Positions 54,137-64,000 of a stretch of DNA of 64,000 nucleotides are shown piece after piece. The position numbers were made by a program, and so were the translations under genes. The stretch covers positions 79,298,001 through 79,362,000 of the forward strand of contig OX597822.1 in the NCBI GenBank assembly GCA_951406725.2, written 5' to 3'. The notes under the pieces are model-generated. The model was not told where the DNA came from and made no database searches. It saw nothing but the letters and a program-made list of their open reading frames with translations. Source of the DNA: Octopus vulgaris (lineage: Eukaryota). Position 1 is the first letter of the stretch. Every line of letters starts with the position of its first letter.

Positions 54137-54558
54137 CGTAAAGTAAACTAGCCATCTCAATATGGCTAACCACTAGGGTAGGGTGTTACTGTAGCTTTTT
54201 AGCCCCAGGAGATCATCGTCTCCAGCTGGCTTTAGACACAATTTCTGTGCCCTTATGATATTTGCAATGGGAGGTCATCCCCTCTCGTAAACCTAAGTGA
54301 TACACATGGACTGCAGTTTCGAGATTATTGTCTCTTGTCAACTCACGGTAATCACCGGTTTTCGATGAGGAGAGACCTGTTTGCGAATATCTATTTAATG
54401 TTTTTCCCAGTAGGGGATGACCTCCCTTTGCAAATATCACAAGAGCACAGAAATTGTGTCTAAAGCCAGCTGGAGACGATGATCTCCTGGGGCTAAAAAG
54501 CTACAGTAACACCCTACCCTAGTGGTTAGCCATATTGAGATGGCTAGTATACTTTACG
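54137..54558. mobile_element. Foldback MITE with 147-bp TIRs and 128-bp spacer
   Basis: Arms 54137-54283 / 54412-54558 are near-perfect reverse complements. No TSD found. Confidence 0.88.
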
Positions 54559-54605
54559 TTGTCGAGCGCTTACTGTTTACATCTCGTTCAAAGATTTATT
54601 ATTGC

Positions 54606-54632
<27 letters not shown>

Positions 54633-54636
<4 letters not shown>

Positions 54637-54832
54637 AATCCAAACATGAAAGCACAAAAAAACACAACAACGCGAGGACGTGGAACAAATATAGTATTAT
54701 TGGACGCTCAGGAAAGAAGGAAAGAGGGTTTAACGTTTCGAGCGGAGCTCTTCGTCGGAAGCATAGGAGAAGGAAAGATCCAGAGAAGGGAAGACAGAGG
54801 GAAAAAAATCGCCAACGGTACACACGCGGTCT
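54633..54832 (-). mobile_element. Penelope-like terminus with a hammerhead variant (54727-54763)
   Basis: Minus strand CCGACGA-A-GAGC-TCC-GCTC-GAAA-CG-TT-AAAC. Abuts (TA)n. Confidence 0.65.
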
Positions 54833-54852
54833 ATATTGTCAGAATGATGTGG

Positions 54853-54900
54853 ACGCCTCTGATGAGAACCTAATAAGGTTCGAAAATCGATTAAGGTTGT
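54853..54900 (+). ncRNA. Minimal type I hammerhead ribozyme, intact core
   Basis: GCCT-CTGATGA-GAACCT-AATA-AGGTTC-GAAA-ATCGAT-TA-AGGT; palindromic stem III. Confidence 0.82.
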
Positions 54901-55083
54901 TCATCATTTTTTCAGTCTGCGAAGAAATGGCTAAAATTTGCCCTGTTTATAATTATACCATATGCTATATATATATTTCGTTTTTGTATTTGGTTTGCAA
55001 GATTCTTTATGTGAATTCGTGTGTTGAAGCATATAATTCTCCCCAGACACAATAACACACACACACACGCATACATACATACA

Positions 55084-55152
<69 letters not shown>

Positions 55153-55155
<3 letters not shown>

Positions 55156-55292
55156 TTTATTTGTATATTACATATATTATAAAAACATGTAATATACAAA
55201 TAAATATCTGTAAATATAAAACCATCCGAATTTCTGAGTACCTCATTTCTCCTAATATAAAATACCTGTACATTATCTCCAAACCTTGTAAT
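55153..55292 (+). mobile_element. Short Penelope-like 3' stub with 21-bp inverted 5' piece
   Basis: ATATTTATTTGTATATTACAT / ATGTAATATACAAATAAATAT. TGAGTACCTCATTT resembles the ends of the 57555 and 58247 elements. Confidence 0.45.
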
Positions 55293-55294
55293 AT

Positions 55295-55398
<104 letters not shown>

Positions 55399-56439
55399 AT
55401 CAAAAGGAAAAGATCCTATATATATATATAAAGGTGGCTGGATGCAATTTATACATACATATATGCTTATTTTAAATGGCATCATTTTTCACTGTTTGTA
55501 TTTTGAAAGCTTATATTCCTAGTTTAGTTATCCTCTCTTATTAGTTTACGAATGCTATTTCTGATTTTTATATATTGAATGGAAATTTTTATGTACGTTA
55601 TGAAACCATTCCAGTTGTCAAAGAGTCCGCGCAGTCAGTTCTGAGAGTAATATGGAATAGCGTATGGTCTGTGATCAGATAGCAATTTCCTGAATTATTG
55701 CAACCTAAATGTAGTATGCAATGATAAAATCTTTTAGTTCTATAAAAATGTTTAATACTATTTATGTTGCATTAAAGAACTGAGAAAAAACATTTTATAT
55801 TTTACAAAATTTATTTTTGTGCATGAAGCAAATATTTAAAAATGTATTTTGTGCAGAACTGTGACGTTGAAAATGGAGATAACGATATTTTTTTTAGCGT
55901 TTATCATTGCTGTGGTTGTTCTCGTTACTATTATTATTTTTTTTCCGTAAAGTCATGTAAGATTTTGGAATATTTATAAATGGTGTTGCTTGGTTGTATT
56001 TGTGTGAAGATTTTGTAGACTTTGGAACACACTTTTCTTCGTAGGTATTTTAGAGACAGTTTCGTGCCGGTACGTATCTCCTGTCGCTCTCTGATGGCTT
56101 CGCACATGTTGGCATATTTCTGTGTGTCGAAAACACATCATTCGATTGACATTCAGGCCGAATTTATCCGGTATTTTTTAGTTGGTAGGGAAATTTTTGA
56201 GGCAAATTTGACAGCAGTTTCTTGTGGCTTAAACGGCTACATGGACTCTTCCTCTTGGGTTCGTTTCGGTGTTACTGTTTTGGGGGACTGATATTGTTAA
56301 TGGTAACAGCAGCGGTAGAAATAGTGGTGGCGTTCAGGAAATGCAGTAAAATGATCAAGAAAAATGACAAAGAAACAAAGTTACAATCAACAAATAGATT
56401 TATCACGGTTCATTTTGATCCGTAGCTACAAAATAATTT

Positions 56440-57277
56440 GGATCTTTTCCTTTTGAACGGCACTTTGTAACATAATTTCTAGGTAACTAAAAAGTTTTAA
56501 ACTTCGTATACTGGTAGAATGTGTTTATAAAACATCATTTTCTCTTGGCTTTATTGCGAAAATTCTATAGTTTGTAAGATATTTCGTCTGAAATTTCGAG
56601 CATTTCGGCAATTTTAACCAATCGATTACCTCCATTGACGTAAACAACATTCCGTGCTGTATCAATATGTCCCTCGTTTAAGAAACAGATTGGGTTTATT
56701 TACATTTGTGAAGAAAAAAAGATACCCTTCCCCAACCCCTAACCCTAACCCTTACCCTAACCCTTACCCTAACTAACCCTAACTCTAACCCTAAATCTAA
56801 AATAGATTGAAATGCAATAGATTGATACTAGGGTTATAATTATGGGTGACAATTTCATATGAGACCGCTACGGAAAATGGGATTTTTTTCTAGCGGTGTC
56901 AAATGAAAATGTCACCCATAATTATGGCCCTAGTATCGATCTATTGCATTTCAATCTATTTCAGATTTAGGGTTAGTTAGGGTTGGGGAAGGGTATCTTT
57001 TTTTCTTCTCAAATGTAAATAAACCCAATCTGTTTCTTAAAGGAGGGACATATTCATTATGCACAGAATGTTATTTACCTAAATGGAGGTAATCGATTGG
57101 TTAAAATTGCTGAAATGCTCGAAATTTCAGATGAATATCTTACTAACTATAGAATTTTCTCAATAAAGCCAAGAGAAAATGATGTTTAATAAACACATTC
57201 TATCAGTATACGAAGTTTAAAACTTTTTAGTTACCTAGAAATTATGTTACAAAGTGCCGTTCAAAAGGAAAAGATCC
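56440..57277. mobile_element. Palindromic dimer of a Merlin/MULE-like MITE with telomeric repeats and 8-bp TSD
   Basis: Both ends read GGATCTTTTCCTTTTGAACGGCAC. AATAATTT at 56432-56439 and 57278-57285. Arms meet at ~56880. Confidence 0.92.
56735..56795. repeat. Interstitial (CCCTAA)n-like array inside the MITE
   Basis: CCCTAA/CCCTTA units. Shorter TTAGGG arrays at ~56966 and ~57903. Confidence 0.9.
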
Positions 57278-57522
57278 AATAATTTTAAATTGAATTCATT
57301 TTCGATTAAATTTAAATTTAATTGTAATTTGAATTAAATTATAGCCATGAAACGTACATAGTTTTTTTGTTGCTTATTATCTATTGATTATTCATTTTTA
57401 TTCTTTTTCTGATCTAGTTATATGTTTTATAAAAATATATTTTATTTTTTATTTATGCTTTGGTTTATGTCTATCATTGTTTGAATAGCATAATTATGGT
57501 TTATTCTCTAATTTATATCTGG

Positions 57523-57556
<34 letters not shown>

Positions 57557-57640
57557 GGTCCCGGGTTGATTCGGGGTTAACCACAGTAAATAAGGTACTC
57601 AATACATAGCAGAGTAAAATTAATTTATTATATAGAAGGA

Positions 57641-57689
57641 GCTTCTACAGGACTAGAACTGTTTCATTCAAGAGAAATCATCAGGAAGC
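57641..57689 (-). ncRNA. Type I hammerhead ribozyme (mirror copy)
   Basis: Exact reverse complement of 57693-57741. Confidence 0.75.
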
Positions 57690-57692
57690 ACT

Positions 57693-57741
57693 GCTTCCTG
57701 ATGATTTCTCTTGAATGAAACAGTTCTAGTCCTGTAGAAGC
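57693..57741 (+). ncRNA. Type I hammerhead ribozyme, intact core
   Basis: GCTTC-CTGATGA-T-TTC-TCTT-GAA-T-GAAA-CAG-TTCTAGTC-CTG-TA-GAAGC. GUA site; weak stem II closed by U-U. Confidence 0.75.
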
Positions 57742-57766
57742 TCCTTCTATATAATAAATAAATAAA

Positions 57767-57797
<31 letters not shown>

Positions 57798-57801
57798 TAT
57801 A

Positions 57802-58219
57802 GGATCTTTTCGGTTTGAACGGCAGTTTTTTCTAGCGGTGTCATATGAAATTGTCACCCATAATTATGACCCTAGTATCGATCTATTGCATTTCAATCTG
57901 TTTTAGGGTTAGGGTTAGGGTTAGAGGTGGGGTGAAGTGTATCTTTTTTTCTTCACAAATGTAAATAAACCCAATCTGTTTCTTAAACGAGGGACATATT
58001 CATATGGCACAGAAAGCTTTTTACCTCAATAGACGTATTTGATTGGTTGAAATTGCAGAAATTGAAGAAAAAACAAATATCTTACAAACTATAGAAGTTT
58101 CTTAATAAAGCCAAGAAAAAAAGATGTTTTATAAACACATTCTACCAGTATATGAAGTTAAAAATTTTTTAGTTACCTAGAATTTATGTTAAAAACTGCC
58201 GTTCAAACCGAAAAGATCC
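57802..58219. mobile_element. Monomeric Merlin/MULE-like MITE with TTAGGG repeats
   Basis: 29-bp TIR GGATCTTTTCGGTTTGAACGGCAGTTTTT at both ends. Inserted in (TA)n, compatible with a 9-bp ATATATATA TSD. Confidence 0.92.
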
Positions 58220-58246
58220 ATATATATATATATATATATATATATA

Positions 58247-58940
58247 CCGGAGTAAACACATAAATGTGAAACAAGGTGGAAAAAAGAGTACTCAAATACC
58301 AGGGGTAGAGTAATATGCTTTATTTAAAAGCAGCAGAAAATCAACAAAACCTGTTACTTGGAGTTTCAAGTTCCCATTCGTCAGACAGTTTTGTTAAAAT
58401 AGAACCGATATGACAATTCTATCAAGACTAGAATAAACGTTACACCTTTAAAAATGGATTTGTTTGATTGGTACTTTCAAATAACGGTCATGTGCGAGCG
58501 ATAAACAAAAATAAACAAAACAAATGAGTTCAATATAAAATATAAAATTATAAAAATCGAAGAAAAACCTTAAATCGAAGCTTTAGTTCAAATACATATT
58601 GTCATTAATAATGTAGAAAATATAATAATACATAAAAATTGAAATTAAAATATTAAAATATATTAAAATATTTCACAACAGTACATATTAATACTAAACT
58701 ATTAATATACATATATACATCAACATACACAGATAGATGTGTGCAGATGCATGTACACATATGTATACGCAATCTTGCTCGCATGCAAAAATCACTTGTA
58801 TCCATATAGACTATTAGCAAAATTCATGGAGGGGGGGGAAGGAACGCTCTTGTAAGCAACAGAAAGCTAAAGATGTAAGTAAAGGAGGGGGAGTAAAGTT
58901 ACAGGGCTCTATACAAGTAACGAATAGGGAGAGAAAAAAC
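58247..58940 (-). mobile_element. Penelope-like 3' fragment with a decayed hammerhead (58343-58395)
   Basis: AACAAAACTGT-CTGACGA-ATGGGAACTT-GAAA-CTCCAAG-TA-ACAGG. Homologue of 53284-53960. Confidence 0.7.
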
Positions 58941-58942
58941 GA

Positions 58943-59097
58943 AATTTACATTATTTACATTTGACAGATGTCCACATCTTGTTTGTCGATAGCACAACAT
59001 TTTGGCTGATATACTCTCCAGCCTTCATCAGGTGTCTTAGGGAAATTTCGAACTTGGGTTCTTATTCCTAAGGTATTTTTCGATGTTATTATCATCA

Positions 59098-59142
<45 letters not shown>

Positions 59143-59198
59143 TCACTACCTGGAATCAAATGTAAATAATGTAAATAATCTACATAGTTCCTCATCTC

Positions 59199-59200
<2 letters not shown>
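58943..59200. mobile_element. Penelope-like fragment with inverted ends and a decayed hammerhead (58991-59036, minus)
   Basis: ATTTACATTATTTACATTTGA / TCAAATGTAAATAATGTAAAT. CAC-CTGATGA-A-GGCTG..CAGCC-AAAATG-TT-GTG, where GAAACG appears lost by CpG decay. Confidence 0.6.
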
Positions 59201-59232
<32 letters not shown>

Positions 59233-59242
59233 ATACATACAT

Positions 59243-59548
59243 GTAGAGGCACATGACCTAGTGGTTAGAGCAGTGGACTCACGGTCGAGGGATTGCGGGT
59301 TCGAATCTCAGACCTGGCGATGTGTATGTTTATGAGTGAAACACCTAAGCTCCACGTGGCTCCGGCAGAAGGTAATGATGAACTTCTGCTGACTCTTTCG
59401 CCACAACTTTCTCTCACTCTTTCCTCCTGCATCTTGCAGCTCACCTGTGACAGACCGGTGTCCCATCCAGGTGAGGAACCTATATGCCAAGGAAACCGGG
59501 AAACCAACCCTTATGAGCCAGGCATTGCTCGAGAAGGAACAATAACAA
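59243..59548 (+). mobile_element. tRNA-derived SINE (family-A head, different 3' half)
   Basis: TGACCTAGTGGTTAG and GGTTCGAATC boxes. CACCTAAGCTCCACGTGGCTC is shared with 329-675. Confidence 0.85.
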
Positions 59549-59782
59549 TATATATATATGCACACACACACACCAAAGGATAAGCGTATTAAAAGGGGAC
59601 CATCGGAAAACTCATTTAAATAAAAGGGATCCTTGATAGTGAAAAGGAACCACTGTCCTGTAGCTTCAAATGTTTATATCTTTCACTAAACATTGACAAA
59701 AGATGTGAATGTTCAGGCTGCTCTATAAATGAATTAAACTGAATTTCTGATGTTCCTTCATCAATCTCATCGTCTGATATAT

Positions 59783-60159
59783 AATAATGATGATGGTGAT
59801 GATAATACTGGTGGTTGTGGTAATGGTGGTGATGTTGTTGGTGTTGGTATTGCTATTAAAGCTGGTGGTGCTGGTGCGTAGTAGTAGTGTTAATCATGGT
59901 GGTGGTAGTTGTAGTGGTGATGGTAGTGGTGGTGGAGATGGTCATGAGGATAGGGATGATGACAATGATGAAGATGATGATGATGATGATGATGATGACA
60001 ATGACAACAGCGACACAGATGATGATAATGATGAGGACTATGACGATGTAGATGATAATGTTAGTAGTGATAATGTGAGATGATGATGATGATGATGACG
60101 ATGATGATGATGATGATGATGATGATAGTGGTGGTGGTGGTGATGATGATGAGGATGAT

Positions 60160-60195
<36 letters not shown>

Positions 60196-60210
60196 CAGAG
60201 GAGGAGGAGG
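59783..60210. repeat. (GAT/GGT)n trinucleotide tract
   Basis: Direct inspection. Confidence 0.93.
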
Positions 60211-60679
60211 AAAAGGAAGCTGCTGATTATACAATCTACATGTCAAAACTGTCCAAATAACTTTTAAAATGTATTCCATAGGATATGTGAGCAGGCAAAA
60301 AAAAAATCAATTAAATAGATATAAAACAATAAGTAAAAATAGATAAAAAGACAGAAAGAAAGAAGGAAAGAAGGAAAAAAGAAAGAAAGAAAAGAAATAA
60401 AGTATAATGACAATACTTGTGATAGATGGGGGTGGGGGAGATGGAATTTAAAAAAAAGGAAAAGACTAGAATAAACTGCAGCAGCAGCAGCAACAACTAC
60501 AACAGCAACAATAACATTAACAAAGAAAGTAAAATTTATAAGAGAATATAATCAAAGAATAATAGAAATTCTTTATTAAATATAAAAGGGAATTATGGGT
60601 AATATAAAAAGATAAAGAGAAAAATCTAAAACAGACTAGAAAATGAGAATAGTTTTACAATTCAAAGGTAGGAGTTTAA

Positions 60680-60729
60680 TGCACACTCACACACACACAC
60701 ACACAAAACACACACACACAAATATATAC

Positions 60730-60785
<56 letters not shown>

Positions 60786-60804
60786 GTGTGTGTATATATG
60801 TGTA

Positions 60805-60841
<37 letters not shown>

Positions 60842-61173
60842 GCGTGTGTGTATATATATATATATATATGTATATGTGTGTGTGTGTTTGTGTATGTGTG
60901 TATCTATCTATCTATCTAGAAAAGAAACAATATCATTGATATTTCAGATTTCTCTTGTGCATTATCCCCTATTTTGTGTGTATATATATGTATGTATATA
61001 TATATATATATATATACATATACACACACACACACATATATATATACACACACATAGATATATATATATATACACACACACACACATATATATATATATG
61101 TGTATATATATATATATACACACACACACATATATATATATACACACATATATATATATATACATATATATAT

Positions 61174-61236
<63 letters not shown>

Positions 61237-61297
61237 CACACACATAGATATATGTGTGTATAAATATAGGCATAAATACAAATGTGTGTGTGTGTGT
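60680..61297. repeat. Compound (TA)/(CA)/(TG) microsatellite
   Basis: Direct inspection. Confidence 0.95.
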
Positions 61298-61782
61298 GAA
61301 ACAGTTTTAAAAATTCATGAAAATAAATAAATATATAGTTACATAGCAAAATAGATAAATAAATTTTCCATTAGACAATATGGAATTGTGACTAACTGAG
61401 ATAAAATGAAAAATCTATGTGGTGTGTGTATGTGTGTGTTTGTGTGTGTGTGTGTGTGGAGGATAATGAAATTGGATAACAAATCTGATGGGACATGTTC
61501 ATAGCTTAGCAAAATACAAAAGAACAAATCTTTGTCCATTAGATAAAAGGGGTATTATGCAAAAGTAGCTTCTCGGAGGTCTGGTTGATATTCTAACCCT
61601 AATAAGTCTATAATGGAAAATTGTGAGGGTTTTCTTTCTGGGATCAGGGTGTTTGTAAATAGAAAGGGGCTGGGAATAATGGTATATATTTCCAAGAAGG
61701 CAAAGAGGCATCCAGTCTATATGTTTGAATGTAAGGTTTTTTTGTATGAAATGGGGTAAGTTTTTGTGGTGGTATGAAATGC

Positions 61783-61783
<1 letters not shown>

Positions 61784-61863
<80 letters not shown>

Positions 61864-61940
61864 GTCTGTCTGTTTGTCTGTCTGTCTGTCTTTCTATCTA
61901 TCTATCTATGTATCTATCTATCTGTCTGTCTGTCTGTCAG

Positions 61941-61993
<53 letters not shown>

Positions 61994-62110
61994 ATATCTA
62001 TCTATCTATCTATCTATCTGTCTGTCTGTCTGTCTGTCTACTTAACTATCTATTTATGTATCTGTCTATCTGTCTATCTATCTCTCTATTTGTCTGTTTG
62101 TATGTCTGTA

Positions 62111-62155
<45 letters not shown>

Positions 62156-62195
62156 ATATCTCTATGTGTGTCTGCCTGCCTGTCTGTCTGTCTGG
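61784..62195. repeat. (TATC)/(TGTC)n tetranucleotide tract
   Basis: Direct inspection. Confidence 0.95.
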
Positions 62196-62261
62196 CTCTT
62201 TATATATGGTTTCAAAGCGAGCTTCTTAACCACACAGTTATGTCTGCACCTATTAAAATAT

Positions 62262-62477
62262 TGGTTTCAAATTTTGGTAAAAGGCCAGAAATTTAGGGGA
62301 CAGTGAGTAAGTTGATTACATCAACACGAATGCTCAACTGGTACTTATTTCATTGACCCTAAAAGAATGAAAGGAAAAGTTGACCATGGCAGAATTTGAA
62401 CTCAGAACATAAAGATGGGTGAGATGCCACAAAGCATTTTGATCAATGTGCTAATGATTCTGTCAGTTCACTGCCTT
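62262..62477 (-). mobile_element. CpG-decayed family-C SINE
   Basis: Matches the consensus with almost all CG changed to TG/CA. Confidence 0.85.
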
Positions 62478-63319
62478 TATACCTATTAAAATATTAAAAA
62501 ATAATTATTATCCTTGATTACAGTTATGAGGAGTAATTATTCATGCTGCATGTTTATAGTTTGGTGGACTCCACTGTTCTTTTCTACTCTCGGCACAAGG
62601 CCCAAATCTGGCCTTTCACACCTACCTTACAATGTCATTCAGAAAAATAAATAGTCACTACATACCCTACTGTGCCATTCTTAAAATAAACAACCACATC
62701 AGTGAAATCTAAAAGCCATGAGATAATGCCTGATTAATTTAAAGCAATATGAATAAATAAGCATTACATTTGACAGAGTAATCTGAATGCTAAAGAGTTA
62801 AATATCAAACCAATTGATAAATAAATAACAAAGAAGTGAAGTGAAGTAAAAACCTCTGTGTGTGTGTGTTTATTAGCATAATGGCCTTCCCATGATACAA
62901 GAAAATAGGTTTCAACACATGAATTCACATCAAGAAATGTGATAATATTGATAATGGATTAGCAGAAGGGAATTATGGGTAATCTTTTTAAAAGTAACCA
63001 GAAGAGAGAGAGAATGGAGAAATTTTGTAAATTCTAAAGGGACACTTTAAGAAGAAAATAAGTAAATATATGAATATAAATGTTCCCATTAAGTAATAAT
63101 AAAATTATTGGTAAATGAATTGAAAATGGAAAGATGGTGGGGTGGGGTGGGGTGGGGGAAGATTAAAGAAGACAAGGAGATATTCTGCAAAGTGCAATGG
63201 GACAGCTATAATAGAGTAAATTGATGCACATGTGTACATATGCATGTATGGAAACATGTAGATGTGCACATGTGCATGCACATACATGAGTACATCCATA
63301 TTCACTCACCTGATACATC

Positions 63320-63443
63320 TATGTGCGTGTGTGTTTGTATACATGCAAACACACATAGACACACACATACACATATACATATTTCTACATATATATGTGT
63401 GTGCATGCATGTATATATATGTATATATATATATATATATATA

Positions 63444-63479
<36 letters not shown>

Positions 63480-63523
63480 TATAGATCTATATATACATAT
63501 ATATATATACATACATACATACA

Positions 63524-63605
<82 letters not shown>
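63320..63605. repeat. (TA)/(TACA) microsatellite
   Basis: Direct inspection. Confidence 0.95.
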
Positions 63606-63606
<1 letters not shown>

Positions 63607-64000
63607 TAGCATCTAAGCCTGATTTAACCCGGAGTGTTTGGATGATGTGGCTGTGATCGTTTTTGGTTAGGCATAATCTATAATAGCGTTTCTCAACCTT
63701 ATCATTTTGGGTCCCCTGTTTCGATTGGAGCTTTCAGCTGTATGAAAATTTCCTGACTACCCCCTTGTCAGAAAACAGCTTCAGGAGTTGTGAAGAACGA
63801 ATTTGTATGTAGTCTGTTTCTGAGAGCTATTCTATTGGACCTCTGTTTAATCATTAAAACATTGATTTAATTATGAACATAGAACAAAATTATACATTAA
63901 TCCCTATTTTTGTAAGTAGTTGTATCTGTAAAAATTTTATTTGCAGAGAGCAGAAATTGAAAGAAGATACATTAAATGGACGTGTGTGTGAGTGTGTGTG

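Larger units (their letters stand above)
57555..57759 (-). mobile_element. Penelope-like terminus with a perfect 68-bp-arm palindrome
   Basis: Arms 57623-57690 / 57692-57759 with a 1-nt centre. Flanked by (TA)n. Confidence 0.8.

Noticed and set aside
56735-56990. Inverted telomeric arrays as a chromosome-fusion site
   Set aside because: The arrays are internal parts of a MITE also present as a monomer at 57802.

Overview
AT-rich, microsatellite-dense eukaryotic DNA, most likely from a coleoid cephalopod (Octopus). That assignment is inferred from SINE families I recognise from memory and was not checked by a search. Almost every ORF in the supplied track is a translation of (TA/CA/TG)n or trinucleotide repeats. 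The window is a patchwork of transposable elements. Retroelements: three tRNA-derived SINE families, a young 5'-truncated CR1-type LINE (about 380 open RT/C-terminal codons) plus a shorter copy, and decayed RTE and Gypsy remnants. DNA elements: decayed Tc1/mariner and hAT remnants, a complete non-autonomous Helitron, hAT MITEs, and Merlin/MULE-like MITEs carrying telomeric repeats. Many Penelope-like (PLE) termini sit in (TA)n tracts. About eleven hammerhead-ribozyme motifs can be read directly; four have an intact catalytic core and seven cluster in 53.3-59.1 kb. Other highlights: a palindromic MITE dimer flanked by its own 8-bp TSD, a SINE that appears to insert into its own head at a recurring site, a LINE/SINE pair sharing a 3' tail hairpin, and a probable signal-peptide first coding exon on the minus strand (36318-36207) that the ORF track misses. 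There is one 100-N assembly gap.
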